A stretch of 64,000 bases of DNA from Flectonema sp. DT1601 (lineage: Eukaryota), in contig OZ025804.1 of the NCBI GenBank assembly GCA_964019425.1, positions 62,001 to 126,000 on the forward strand, written 5' to 3'. The position numbers and the translations under genes are program-made. The notes under the pieces are model-generated. The model did no database searches. It was given only the letters and a program-made list of their open reading frames with translations, and was not told the DNA's origin. Position 1 is the stretch's first letter. Each line of letters begins with the position of its first letter. Shown piece after piece: positions 10,484 through 23,066 of this stretch.

Positions 10484-11683
10484 TTATGCCTTCTGGGCAT
10501 CACGGAGAACTTCTACAACGGACTTGAAGGCGAACCACTCAGGGATGTCCTCTCCAGCTCTCAATCTACGACGGAACTCAGTTCCCGAAAGCTTGAGCGG
10601 CTTGAGGTCCTTGGCCTTGGCATCGTCAGCCGCCATGTAACCTTCCTCAGTGTACACCAAGTTCAGGGAAGGAACGGTCTTCATTCCGAGCTCTGGTCCG
10701 TACTTGGCAGCGGTCTCCTGGGCGTCGTACGCACCGTAGTAGTCCTCTCCGGTGATGCTCGACTTGCTTCCAGCCATGTCTCTTCCGATGATGAAGTGAG
10801 TGCATCCGTAGTTCTTTCTCAACAACATGTGCTGAATGGCTTCTCTTGGACCAGCCATGTGCATCGAGTATGGCATGTATGCCCAGAACACGCTCTCGTT
10901 CTTGGTCTCCTCCTTCAACACTTCGTAGGTGTGGTATCTGACGGTTCCCGGAATGTCGTCAGCCTGGGTAGGACCGCAGGTTGGGTGAACCAAAACAACA
11001 CCTCCAGAGTCCACGTTTGGTGCATCCAGGGCTCTGGTGAACAACTCGTAGTGAGCTCTGTGAACAGGGTTTCTGCACTGGAACGCAACCACGTCCTTGT
11101 CCAGTGGAAGGAATGAACGAACCTCAGATGGGGTCGCACATGGGAAGTCTCTCTTTGGAAGGGAGAGTCCGTGAAGGGTACCTCCCATGTAGTACTGACC
11201 ACGCTCAGTGGCAACCATCAGGCATCCAGGGTGCTCCAGCTCGGAAGTTCCGTACAACTTCTTGCATTCGGCAACCTTGTTTGGCTTGAACTTCGAGGTC
11301 ACGTCCATCACGGCCATTGGGACCTTGTTGTAGGTCAAGAGAACGTGTTGTCCTTCCTTCACATCAGTTCTGTCAGTGTCCAGGCACACTGGAAGACCGA
11401 AGATGTTTCCGTTAGTCAACCTCATGTCATCGACAACCGACTGGTAGTCGTCCTCTCCCATGAATCCCTCGAGAGGTGAGAACGCTCCAGTTGAGATGAG
11501 CTGAGTGTCACATGATTGTCTCTCGTTAAGTTCGATTGTCACTCCGTTGCATCTCGCGATCAGGTCGGCCTTCTCGGCATCGTCCGCCACCATCTTGTTG
11601 ATGAGGGATCCACCGTGAGGGGTGTTCAAGAATCTCGCCTGTCCTCTGAGAGCAGATCTTCCGAAGGTCTTCATGACGTTCAT
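10484..11683 (-). CDS. sat: ATP sulfurylase, copy 2 (protein identical to copy 1)
   Basis: Same 399-aa translation as 3128-4327. Confidence 0.95.
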   Translation of the reverse strand: MNVMKTFGRSALRGQARFLNTPHGGSLINKMVADDAEKADLIARCNGVTIELNERQSCDTQLISTGAFSPLEGFMGEDDYQSVVDDMRLTNGNIFGLPVCLDTDRTDVKEGQHVLLTYNKVPMAVMDVTSKFKPNKVAECKKLYGTSELEHPGCLMVATERGQYYMGGTLHGLSLPKRDFPCATPSEVRSFLPLDKDVVAFQCRNPVHRAHYELFTRALDAPNVDSGGVVLVHPTCGPTQADDIPGTVRYHTYEVLKEETKNESVFWAYMPYSMHMAGPREAIQHMLLRKNYGCTHFIIGRDMAGSKSSITGEDYYGAYDAQETAAKYGPELGMKTVPSLNLVYTEEGYMAADDAKAKDLKPLKLSGTEFRRRLRAGEDIPEWFAFKSVVEVLRDAQKA

Positions 11684-12236
11684 TTTGAGATTTGTGTGTT
11701 GGAGATGATAGCTGAGTAGGGGGGGAAGGAATTTAGCAGCAAACGCACACGTTCACACTGGTGACCCGAATCACGAAATTGAATAAGAAGTAACAACACA
11801 AATGATCCATTCTGAGATGCGTACCTGCTGTGGGAAGAATATGTTAGTTAGACCAAACAAGTGTAATAATATAAATTCAGGGAAGCAAACAATACAAAAC
11901 CCCCCCAACAATCAATCACCAGTATCGATCAGTACCATTTCATATCTTCAGACATAACACTAATCAACTTCATCTTTACTTTTATTAAGATTTCACACAC
12001 AGCGTTACATTCAGAATACGAGTGCAGTAAGTGACACATAGACGGCGTGTTCTCCTTTTAACACTCCCCAGTAGATATCTGTGAAGGAAAGTTGTTTCTA
12101 TAATAGAAGTTCTTTAGGAGGCTTTCATTCCTCTTTGTCCAGATAGCGGCAATCTGCTTAGGTGGTTATCAGAGGGAAGTATAAGTAAATAACATTAAAA
12201 GTGAATACTTTTATACCAAAACAATAATTACTTCGT

Positions 12237-13595
12237 TCACGAAATGGAGTCTTCCAACTGAACAAGTTGCTCAGAAAGAGTTGTCAGGTCATCTTCTAAA
12301 GTCCGCATGTTGTTGACAACACACAAAGTCTGAACTCGCGTATTCTTCAACACTTCCTTCAGCTGCTTCAATGCCGCATCACGGCCCCGCTTGCGTAATT
12401 GAATTTGACCACCAGATTCAAAACCCAACAAGTCGTCGGGGAGGGATCTCAAGTCAAGTTCTGTGAGTTGGGGGCAATTCTGAAAACTGAATTTTCCCAT
12501 TTTCCTTAAACTACTGAGCCCATCAAAGCTTACAGTCGTAAGTTTTGAACAATCCGCAAGAAATGACTCCCCAACATCCGTAAGTGACGTCATCTTGCTG
12601 AGGTCGACCTCTTCCAATGAGACGCAGTCGCTGAGAAAATCATTCCCCAAGGAAGTTGTGTTGGTCAGACCAGACAAGTCAATACGCTTCAAGGACCCGC
12701 AACAAAAACAAAATTTATTACCAATTGACTTGACGCTTACTAACATCGACAAGTCAAGTTCGGTAAGTGCTGCACAAATTGATAAAAAATAGTTTCCGAT
12801 TGTTCTTATGCTTTGCAGACCTGAAAGGTCAATACTCGTAAGTGTATTATTGGTGCCGAAGTGAACATATAAAAACCCATCAGGTATATTCTCAAGAAGG
12901 GGAAGGTTCATATTAATTGATGAGAGTGACCTAAAAGAGGCTGCCATTGAATAATCATTCAGGTGTCGGAGATTAACCAGCGGTGATAAATCAATAGTTT
13001 TGAGTGAGCCACAATGATACAAGAAATCTTTCCCAATCGATTCCACACCAGACAATCCCGACAAGTCGATGTCTGTAAGTGACACACAGTCGCGGGCAAA
13101 AGAGTCACCGACGGATCTCACATTCCGCAAACCTGGAAACCTGACCCGTTGCACATGTCGCATGCTTCGCATGAGGGAACCAGGGCAATCAATAATCTCA
13201 CGACCATTGACAAAGGACAGGCATGTCAGGCGAGGACATAATCCGTAATTATCTTCGTCATCTACAAATGACTTCATGTTGACGGACAAGAAACCCTCTT
13301 CATCACAGGACTGTAGCAGTTCCTCAATCTTTTCTGATCCTTCTTTCATGTCCTCGAAACTACACCCCAGCACCCCATCCAACACTTCCAACTGTGTACC
13401 TCCTTCTATCCCATGTGATACCAACGTAGACAACTCTGGAAGCACGACACCCGCACACAACAATTCGCTGTTCTGAAAGCCAACACCCCACTCATCGACC
13501 GCTGCCTCTACTGCGTCCCTGACCAGCGTGTCCGCCGTCACTGTAAACGGAACAGTTGGGAATTCTCCATCTGAACAGGAAATGAAAACCTGCAT
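12237..13595 (-). CDS. Ubiquitin-like + LRR protein, divergent paralog (likely start MQVFISC at 13595)
   Basis: MQVFISC...LLCAGVVL...LVSHGIEGG parallels the 7811-9718 N-terminus. LxxIDLSGLxxxxxIGxxFL repeats and a coiled-coil-like C-terminus. Confidence 0.8.
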   Translation of the reverse strand: MQVFISCSDGEFPTVPFTVTADTLVRDAVEAAVDEWGVGFQNSELLCAGVVLPELSTLVSHGIEGGTQLEVLDGVLGCSFEDMKEGSEKIEELLQSCDEEGFLSVNMKSFVDDEDNYGLCPRLTCLSFVNGREIIDCPGSLMRSMRHVQRVRFPGLRNVRSVGDSFARDCVSLTDIDLSGLSGVESIGKDFLYHCGSLKTIDLSPLVNLRHLNDYSMAASFRSLSSINMNLPLLENIPDGFLYVHFGTNNTLTSIDLSGLQSIRTIGNYFLSICAALTELDLSMLVSVKSIGNKFCFCCGSLKRIDLSGLTNTTSLGNDFLSDCVSLEEVDLSKMTSLTDVGESFLADCSKLTTVSFDGLSSLRKMGKFSFQNCPQLTELDLRSLPDDLLGFESGGQIQLRKRGRDAALKQLKEVLKNTRVQTLCVVNNMRTLEDDLTTLSEQLVQLEDSIS

Positions 13596-14311
13596 GTTGC
13601 CTGTCAGCCCTGTAATGTAAACAGTAATAACTAAATAACGTGTAAGCAGTAAGCAATGATGAAGTCTTGAAGAATCGATGTTTGTGTTGTGTAGCATGTG
13701 ACCTGTGTGCTCCGATTAGCATGTTTTCTATCAGACGAAATAAGTTTTTAACTTTCGACTCATAAGAAGTTCAGTCACCGTGTCAGAATATTTCATTTGA
13801 ATCTTTCTAAGAGAAGGAAACATAGTAAAACAGAATGAACAAACACAACAAGGACATACTAAATAAAGGTCAGAAATATTACAAGGGTGATAAGACTTCT
13901 CTTCCTCCCAAAGGTTTGGTTTACCACTTGCAGATTATTAGAGTGTTTCTGTTTTAGTTCTCTTCCTTCTCTGAAGATTGTTGTCTATTGGACCTCTCGG
14001 GGGGGGGCTACTCTCTGCAGCTCATTTTAAATTGGCATCCGACAATGAAGTTACGTGTGGCTGCTCTCTCTCTCTAAGAGTGGCAATACAGGTTGTAAGA
14101 CAACTGTTTTAGTAGAAAGACTTAGCCAGGCTGTGGTAACATCCTCCAGGTGTACTCAGGTAGACATCTCACATAATTAACAAGTATTGCAGTTCCATAT
14201 AATCCTGGTATGAATAGGAGTGCTCCGATAAATTGAAATGCCTGTTTTTGATTTGTCGTTTTACGCTTTTCAGGACTTCATTACTGAACACGATGAGAAT
14301 AAGAATATAAT

Positions 14312-14674
14312 TCATACCCAGGCCCTGTCATAGTCGTCGCATTCAAAGTGACAAACAAAAGCAATCAACGAGAACACAAAACCAAAGAAGAGAAGATTAA
14401 ACGACATAATAGTTCTCTTGAGAGCTTTCCAATAGAGATGTCCTAACCGTCTTCTCGACTTCTCAGGATTTCTGGGATTGAGCCATTTGAATATTAACCC
14501 TGGAGGTCCAACATCGTACAACAACACTCTGTGCCATAAACCATCCCATTTCTGAACAGTATGCCACGTTCCTTGTTTACTAGTGACATTAATATGAGGG
14601 TCTTCTGGTGGAGGAGGTGTGGGGGAGAGATCATCATTTACGAGTGGACGGCGCTCGCGTGTCTCTTCCGACAT
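14312..14674 (-). CDS. Hypothetical small membrane protein
   Basis: ORF from MSEETRERRPL with a C-terminal hydrophobic segment (FNLLFFGFVFSLIAFVC), on the same strand as its neighbours. No family recognised. Confidence 0.45.
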   Translation of the reverse strand: MSEETRERRPLVNDDLSPTPPPPEDPHINVTSKQGTWHTVQKWDGLWHRVLLYDVGPPGLIFKWLNPRNPEKSRRRLGHLYWKALKRTIMSFNLLFFGFVFSLIAFVCHFECDDYDRAWV

Positions 14675-16213
14675 CTTTGTTGGATGGGACTGGAACATAA
14701 AATTAATAAAAAGAGAAGATAAAGTTAACGTCAAGAGTCTTCTTCACAAATAATAATTTATCTACTTTAGTGTTTTCACTTCCTCAGTACGACAACTGGT
14801 ACAAGCATAACATCTGTAGTCTGAAGGCTTTTCACAACAGCAACAATTCTCAATTTTCCGAATGTAACCTGCCGACTGTTCAGTGAAATAGATAAACAAA
14901 ACTCAGAAAGGGGCGGCAAGCTTGCACGTGGAATAGCATTTGAGTAGTTAACAAAAGTCAGAAAACCGAAACAGCCGCATAAAAAAAAAAAAAATGCACC
15001 AAAAAAAAAAGAGGAAAAAAAAAATGAAACTTTCATTTTGTCTCATTCTCCAGAAAAAGAACGCTTGTTTTATCAACGTGGCGATGGTGTTTAGCTTTTT
15101 TTTTTCCCACTTCTGCCGATAGAACAAACTATTCTAAAATGAAATGGGATCACAAACCACACATGACAGAATGCCAAGAGAGAAGTCGGTTGCAACAACC
15201 CTGAATTTTTATTCCAGACAGAGCTACACACATGCCAATGTATTCTGGAAGGCACGATGGTGAAAACCATCACAAGTTCTATAGAGAAGCTGCTGCTGAC
15301 CGAAAGGCTTTGGTGACTACCAATTACCGGGTGCGTATTTTTGAGGTACTACTCCCTGCTGGTTTAGACCAAACCTGGTTGGGATGTTTATGATAATTAT
15401 AATTCCGATAATGAAGGAAGGAATGGGAGAATTCATTATTTTTTTTTTCTTCTTTCTTTTTTTTTTTTTTTTTTTTTTTTTTTCTTTTTCTCTCCCTTCA
15501 ATAAAGGTAATTCACATGAACAACATATCAGATCAGTTCTTCCTCTTCTCCTTTTCTATTAAATAAACTCGACAATAATAACCTATCGTCGAGTGAAACA
15601 AAATCATAATACGGTCAGACTGTGTGAGAGCAAAGCAAGGATTGCGCGCACTCCCTTTTACCCCCCATTCCCCTCCCTTGTACAAACAGTTGTTTTTGGT
15701 AGTTTAAATTCAAAAAATTATTGTAAGAAAAAAGAAAAAAAAAACGTTTGTGCATAAAAACCGTAAACAAGAAGAGTCGTTCCAGAATCTTTTTTTTTTT
15801 TTTTTTTTTTCACCAATTTTTGTTCGTTACCAAAAAAAAAAAAAAAAAGTGAGGGGAATGGTGAAAAAAAAAAAAAAAAGGGGAAAAAAATAAGAATCAA
15901 CTAACTACGAAATGCTAAGGAAAATAATAATCCTCCACCAGGCAAGATTAGGCTGTAAGGGGTGATAGCATCTTTAAAAAAAGAAAATTTAAAAATGTAA
16001 AAAAAAAAAAAAAAAAGAATAAACCGAAGCATTGAGCGAGGCGAATTTATGACTCACACCATTCCTGTTGTTTATTGCTAACAGTGAGTGCCCTAATGAG
16101 ATTTTGCTTTTCTTTAAGGCTACCAATACAGGTAGGCATATGAGTATATTGTACACACAACTGAAGTGGAAACCATTAATAGACTGCTGGGCATTAGATG
16201 ACACAGGTCATAT

Positions 16214-17848
16214 CTATTCAGGGTTCCCCCAGCATTGAATAGATCCACTAGACCCTGCAGATAGTAAAGCGCCAGTGTCTAACCAAGCAACCTGACAAAC
16301 TTGTTCGCTGGATGAGAGAGTGCATCGAAGTTTTGAAGTCGGTTTCGTGTCGTAGATTTGTATTTGATTTTCACTATTCGAAACAACTCCAATTGCCATA
16401 AAACAATCATCAGGTGAGAGGCAAGCCTTCGTATATGAAAGCATTCCATCACATGAAGACAGCTCTCGACTGACTATAGCGTTGTATGTTCTGATGTCCC
16501 AAAGTTTTAAAGTTCCATCTTTAGAGCTGCTGAGTACTTTATTACCACATGAAGAGAAGCAGACACTTGTCACTTGATCAGAGTGAGCATTCTTAAGTTC
16601 TTCGATACTGTTTACTGTTTGTGTGTCCCAGAACCTGACCGCTCCATCGAAATGAGCAGATGCGACAACTGAACCTCCACTTGTACTGATGTCATGTAAT
16701 CCTGACCAACAGAGACTTGTTTTAGTACAAGCAGTTCTTGATATGTCCCATCTTTTTATTGTTCTATCACCAGAGCAGGTCAGAACAGTTTTGTCATCAC
16801 CAAAACAGGTTCCAGTAATCTTACTCGTGTGACCAACAAGTTGAGTCATAACTCGGTAGTTATTAGTACCGTAGATATCTGCAGCTCCATCAGATGTACT
16901 CGCCAACAAGTAGTCACCAGATGGGTTGAATAACACTCTCGTCACACCAGCAGATAGACGAAGAACATTCTTCTCAGAAAAGTTTCTGGTATTCCAAACC
17001 TTAACTAACCTATCACTACTACCAGATGCGAATAACTGTCCTTGAGGATGAATTGCAATACTGCTAACGTCATTTGTGTGACAGGCAGGGAGTTCCTTTA
17101 GTAGCTGAGTTGGTATCTTCATAACATGTCGAGTGTCTTGTTGGACTTGAAATTGATTAGAACGACCACTCTCGTGTGGGTCGGAGTGAAATGATGACTC
17201 TAATCCTCCTCCATGAGTTTGTGATAAAGTTAGCTGATGAATCAAATCTTTTACTTTCTTTGTTAAATCGTTGATTTCATTGAGTGACTCTGCCTCTTTC
17301 TGTTTACAGTCAAGAGTAGTTTTAGTAAGAATGATATTCTCATCAATTAATTCCTTACGTTCTCCTATCGCTGAGGCGTGGTCTTTACGGAGTTGGATAA
17401 GAGTGTTGTCTAAGTTGTCGCGTTCTTTTTGCAAGACTGAACTTTTTTCCTCAAAAGGAGACACTCTATTGAAAGCATCACTCAACTCATCAGTTTGTGC
17501 TTGTGCTATTTTTAAGGATTCTTGTAGTGTTGTTTTCTCTCTCTGAGTATCAATTATAATCCTAGCGTCGTCAATCCATCTTCTCTGTTGACCTTCTAAA
17601 TCTTTAACTTTTCCTTCTAATTCACGAATGTATGTAGTGTCTCCACCACCTCCACCACCATTTCTTACTTGTCTTTGTAGATCTGTGTTCTGTAGCTTTA
17701 GTTCAGATAGCTGAGATTCTTGTTTCTTTGAGAGGTCATATATAGATTGCCAGCCATCAATGATACGATCAAAAGGCTGAGCATACTTCTTATTCCTTCT
17801 TGAGATTGCTCCCTGTAAGTTCAGCATCCAGGGGGCTGAATCGGTCAT
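16214..17848 (-). CDS. ATG16: Autophagy protein ATG16-like (N-terminal helix, coiled coil, WD40 repeats)
   Basis: N-terminal W..L...RN.......F..II motif, a long coiled coil, then WD40 repeats (GSSDRLVKVWN, SGDRTIKRWD, SAHFDGAVRFWD, SSKDGTLKLWD). Confidence 0.85.
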   Translation of the reverse strand: MTDSAPWMLNLQGAISRRNKKYAQPFDRIIDGWQSIYDLSKKQESQLSELKLQNTDLQRQVRNGGGGGGDTTYIRELEGKVKDLEGQQRRWIDDARIIIDTQREKTTLQESLKIAQAQTDELSDAFNRVSPFEEKSSVLQKERDNLDNTLIQLRKDHASAIGERKELIDENIILTKTTLDCKQKEAESLNEINDLTKKVKDLIHQLTLSQTHGGGLESSFHSDPHESGRSNQFQVQQDTRHVMKIPTQLLKELPACHTNDVSSIAIHPQGQLFASGSSDRLVKVWNTRNFSEKNVLRLSAGVTRVLFNPSGDYLLASTSDGAADIYGTNNYRVMTQLVGHTSKITGTCFGDDKTVLTCSGDRTIKRWDISRTACTKTSLCWSGLHDISTSGGSVVASAHFDGAVRFWDTQTVNSIEELKNAHSDQVTSVCFSSCGNKVLSSSKDGTLKLWDIRTYNAIVSRELSSCDGMLSYTKACLSPDDCFMAIGVVSNSENQIQIYDTKPTSKLRCTLSSSEQVCQVAWLDTGALLSAGSSGSIQCWGNPE

Positions 17849-18806
17849 TATTTTATTGTTTTTTTTTTTTTTTTTTTTTATTACTCTCTTGGGGTCCCTT
17901 AAGAAAAATCAAAATAAAAAAAAACAACAAAAAAAAAAGTTCACATTCAAATGTCTCGTATAATTTCATTAATGTCATCAGACTCTCCTTCATTTTTTTT
18001 ATTTATTTTACGTTTTTTGATAAAATGATAAAGCAAACTAAAGAGCTTTATTAAGGGTCAGCCAACCTGTGTTAGGGGGAAAAAAAAAAAATCAAAGAAA
18101 TAAAAACAAGGATGTTCATCCACAATCAAACGTAACTAAAATCTGCCATTAATAACTTTTTTTTTTTTTTTTTTTGTTTGTTTGTTTTCGCTATATTAAC
18201 AAAAGACCGCACAACTCTCACCTGAACTCCAGAATACGTTTTGATAACTATTCCTCTCTCTGTTGTGTGTGCGGACAGATTATCTCAAGACCTTTATCAG
18301 ATCTCGGTTAATAAAAAAAAATAAAAAAAATAAAAAATTAACTCTATCTCGGATTTTATGATTAAACCACCTCTCTCTCTCTCTCTCAATATATAAAACA
18401 GTACGAAGGTACTGAGGAAGAGAATTCATTCTTCCTCAGTTAGTTTTTTTTTTTTTTTTTTTTTTAGCGGAGTAACAATCAAGCTCCCTGGTAAAACCGT
18501 TCTTATGCCTCCCTAGTCTTTGTAGTTATCAGACTGTGAGCAGGGGGGGGGGTTGGAAGAAAAAAAAGGGGGGAAAAAAAAACACCTTTATCATACCAAG
18601 GCAACATAACTGCAACAAGAATCAGACTTCTTTTTTTTTTTTTTTTTTTTTGCAGTCGTAGCAACCGACGGAAATAACGCATCCTTCAAGAATTCGGACA
18701 GCGATGGTTGTTTTTTTTTTTTTTTTCGTTTGTTTTTTTTTTTTTGGGGATTTTTTTTAATTATTTTGTTTTGTTTCATGTTTCCCACTTCAAACAAAGG
18801 AAGGGG

Positions 18807-18837
<31 letters not shown>

Positions 18838-19305
18838 ACAAAAAAAAAAAAAAGACAAATTTTTTTACTATAAAACAATACCGATTCACTTAATAAGGGG
18901 TACTAGTGAAAGGAGGAGAATAGGAGCTAAAAAAAATAGGAAATAATTATCGCGCTTCGTCCCTTTCTGAGTACCAAAACCGTAACAAGGTTGTCTAATT
19001 CTTTTCAGAAGACCTGCTGACTGAGGTAAGGTATGAGGGGACTTGTTTAAAGTAAAAACAAAACTATTTTCATAACCCCGTTCAACTAGTCCGAAATGGA
19101 TAACTAAATTGAAAGAATGAACTAACGTAACAAGTAAGACCAGCTTACGGTATTCCTTCTCACAACAACCTAATTGAGAAGCATTTCCGATGGTTGTTAA
19201 CTTGCCTGCGACTTGTCGTTCTCGTTTCTGTAGGGGAATCGTATTCTTTTTTTTTTTTTTTTTTTTTTTCCCATGGAAAATAATATTCATCTTATACATC
19301 CTCTC

Positions 19306-19690
19306 TTAAGACTCGTCATCCCAGTCATCCGGAACTTCTTCATCTTCATTACGCTGGGCTTCTACTTCTTCATCGAATACCCCTGTGTGAATAGGAGCTC
19401 GTTTCTCTTCAGCTTTTATACGTTCCAACCGTTCAAGCCTCTGTAAGCGTTCGATGTCACGTTGTTTTTTTTCATCCAATTCTCGTTGCTTTCGTTCCCT
19501 GAAAGCTTCTTCTTGCTGTGCTTTGGTAGACCCGTTGAACATGTCTCCGAGAATAGCACTTTCAACTTTGAAATTAGCAGCTTTGGTGTTATTCACATCA
19601 TCTTTACCCTTCTTTACAACAACATATGAACTGTGGTTGGTAGCCACGGAGGGATCGATTATATTTGTACGCGATTCGTTTGTTCTGTTT
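19306..19690 (-). CDS. Hypothetical charged protein (5' boundary uncertain, abuts a homopolymer tract)
   Basis: Protein-like composition ending EEVPDDWDDES. No family assigned. Confidence 0.4.
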
Positions 19691-20159
19691 TTTTTTTTTT
19701 TTTTTTTCATAACGTTGTCATCCCTCCAAACACATTTAAGTAATAACGAGTATCACACCTTTTGTACACCTCAGATGCTTTGGGACGATGGCCAGTGTTC
19801 CTTCCCGACATATAAGGTGGGCTTCTGTAATGGTAATTAAAATTAAAACTTAAAAAAAAAAATTAAAAAAAAGGGAGACGTTCTACAAACATAAGCAATC
19901 TTCCGTACCTTCTCAGTATTTATCATAAGTAATAGTCAGCCTGTTTACAAAAGATGACGTCTTTATATTGTAAGCTGCCAACCGAATGCACCCAAGCAAG
20001 AGGAGCTATATTACGACTCACGATGAACTATTTAATCTGTTTTCAGGGGGTGCTATGCTAACATAATAAACTTTAAAATACTCAATGATAAGTAACAAGG
20101 TTAAAACTGAGGAGTGGTGGGGGGCAATGAAGGAAGACTCAGCTCCATTTCAGAATACT

Positions 20160-21115
20160 AAAAGTTGAGCGTCCCATGCCTTGCAGTCCAGTTAAGACAG
20201 ATGTAAAATTTCATTTATTTTGTCTGGTTTTCGTAATATTTTTAAGGGAAAACCTACAGAGTGTCACCTACACAATTCCAAAGTCTCAGGTTGGATGCTT
20301 GTTCCATCCACCTGATCAACATCGCTACTGAAGGAAGCCAGCTGGTGGCAAAGATTGAGCCAAGACTGGCAGGAATGCCGTTGATGAGGATTAGATCACT
20401 TGATCGGTCCCATTTGCCTGTCAATGTAGAAAAGCCAAGGACTTCATATCTTGCTGCATCGAGTTTCTGCGATTGACAGCCTACGAGTAGGAGGAGCTGG
20501 TTGGATGGAGCGCTGTGGCAGAATGGACATTTGATGGCTTTCCGCCAGTTTTGCATCAGTGGATGACACCCCGTTCTGAAATTTGCAATTCTGATTTCAT
20601 CGCTCCGCGGAACCTTTGATGGTGTTCTTATAGCAGGTGTAACCAATTCTGTTCCAAATGTCCTTCGTGATCCCCCTCCTCACTCGGGATTTGTGATAGA
20701 AGAAGGATCCTCGGATTGGGATTTGAGGGAGGTATCTGTTGTGAGCCGATTTCTTAGCAAGTTCATCAACTTCGTCGTGTGCTTCTATCCCCATGTGAGA
20801 AGGGATGAATTGAAGATGTACTTTCATACCGCAGTTTACACCTGCCATTCTTCAACTAGTCCAACAATGATTTAGAGTCGGTATAGATTCTGACTGACTT
20901 AGTTAGCCCGTCTTTCTGTACCTTCCAGTTTAAATAGTTTGCCGCATTTTTCAAGGCATGTTGCTCAGTTCTGTAGCTGCAATCCGCACGCACTAATCTG
21001 GTGCGTGAGCACGTTTCTTTCCGTCTCGTAACTTAGCAATGAGAGCCGCGCCTGACGCACTCGAAGAGTATGAACCGTCACAGTTGATCACCATGTCCAC
21101 CGGAGGAAGTGTACT
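20160..21115 (-). mobile_element. 5'-truncated, degenerate ingi/I-like LINE 3' end (RNase H + C-terminal zinc knuckle)
   Basis: Fragments VINCDGSYS, HLQFIPSHMGI...DEVDELAK and RIANFRTGCHPL..CPFC are paralogous to 43750-47571. Confidence 0.85.
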
Positions 21116-22494
21116 GCGGGGAATTTCTTTTTTTTTTTTTCGGGAAGATAAAATGGAAACTACTTTCTTTGTCCTTTCATATTATACAGTAAATTAGTAC
21201 AATCTTTCTACTGACTCTGATCGTTGTCTCGACATACAGCGACAGGGAAAACCCGCGAGCTGGGGACGACAGTCTTCTTTAGCATTTAAGCATTTTTCGA
21301 CTTGAACAGACATGACCCTTCAATTTAATGAGTTCTCATGTTTCTGGGTTTGGGATGGGGAATGTGCACTTCTTCTCTTGATCCTTTGTTCTCATGGACC
21401 CCTTGTCTCTGTGCATAAAAAAACAAATCGTCGTCTACCCAGCTTTACATTTGTCGCCGTACCAGTAAATAAAATGGGGCGAAAGAAGGGGGCGAGAGTC
21501 GTCCGTCCTTTAGTCTCTGGGTCTGGACGTCAAGTTTTTTTCGGGAAATTAAAATGGAAACATCTTTTTTATTTTTCACTTTTTTTTTTTTTTTTCTGGT
21601 TACACTCCTGGGTGCAACCGTCTTCTTTGTTTATTGTTGATTTCACTTCAATGTTTGCCTTTCTATTTTTTTCACTTTCTTTCGATAAAATTTAGGAACA
21701 CGTCTGTGCTTCCAGACACGCATCATTAATTAGTCACCACATTCCTTTGTATTATGGCTCAACTGATGTAACATTTTCAAGTCCTCCGGTCTGGTAGTTT
21801 TCGATGAATTGTTTACATTAACGAAGTGTTGATAAGTCAACAGTTGAACATTATTGAGGTCCTCATTCAAATTAATTAATGTAGTCACCCGATGTTGAAA
21901 GAATCAGAACAATTATTAACAGGGGATGTGAGTAAGACGGCATACTCAAACAGTGCTCCATACGAAACCAAATCCTGTTTGGAAATGTAACCTGCAGAGC
22001 TGTATTTTATTATTGATCTGAGAGAGTGAAGTAAATGTGAGATCAATTTCCAACTCTTCCAAAAAAAAAAAAAAAAAAACTTTCAAAATAGAAATCAGAT
22101 AAAGTTTCGTGGTTAAATAACACGAAAAACTAGTTGGAAAAAAAAAAACACAAATATTTTCCAAAATTTATTTTAAAAAGTTAAAGTAAGCCTTACAGCA
22201 CCACACTGATGCTCAATATTTCTCTGTAGGTGTATATCCGAGATGAGTTGGAGAATTAAATAAGAAAATTAACCACATGATGGTATTATTATTTATTCCT
22301 TAAAAAACTAATCCCCGTAAAAATGTCAATTGACAACATTGGATGGGGAAATGGAACTACAAACGTAACAAACATCAACAAACAACAAATAAAGATTCCA
22401 TCCCAGAAAGTGGACGTAACTCCGACAACTCGCTCGACGGCTGTAGCAGTCTACGAAAGACGATAGCCGTAGTTGACCTTTGAACTTAATCTCC

Positions 22495-22767
22495 CTAAGT
22501 GGATGCATTGCTGCTGCGGGATCTCGCTCTGGTTTCTTTTGCTTTGCGAGCCTTTTTCTCTTTTGCTAATTCTGCTTTTTCTTTCTCAGATTCCTTGTAT
22601 TCCTTAATGGCTGCAGCTATCTTTTGTTTTAATGTTTGAGGTTTCCTTCGAATTCCCTGACCCTCTGATGGAGGAGGCATCAAGAAGGCAACAACTTTAT
22701 CTGACTCACCGATTTGACGAATCGGTTCAACTTTTTTCTTTTTCCCAGTCCCAGCTTTTGGTGGCAT
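22495..22767 (-). CDS. Divergent short member of the lysine-rich H1-like family
   Basis: V.P.R, VVAFLMPPP and TLKQKIAAAIKEYKE align with VDAFLIDAP and TTKQQIASALKEYKE of the array. Confidence 0.7.
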   Translation of the reverse strand: MPPKAGTGKKKKVEPIRQIGESDKVVAFLMPPPSEGQGIRRKPQTLKQKIAAAIKEYKESEKEKAELAKEKKARKAKETRARSRSSNAST

Positions 22768-23066
22768 ATTTAGTTATTAATCTGAATGGTATTTTAAGAA
22801 TCTCATTTTTATTTTTAGTACTCGAAATGAAATGATGTGAAGTGAAGTGTCACCATAATTATATTCCTGAATAACATAAAGAAACATTAATATAAATTAA
22901 GACACCACTAATACACTTGAGGGTTACTTATGTCAGCTGGTGTATAGAAACACCTGAATAAAGTGGACGGGAAGGATAAGAATGACTCTTTTCCATCCTC
23001 TCTTTTATTTCCACTTCCTAACTAACGAGAGAGGAAATTACAGCAAACTACTGCACTAAACTTACT

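Noticed and set aside
14776..19299. Short poly-Phe/poly-Lys ORFs in intergenic DNA
   Set aside because: They arise from A/T homopolymer tracts typical of UTRs and polypyrimidine tracts.
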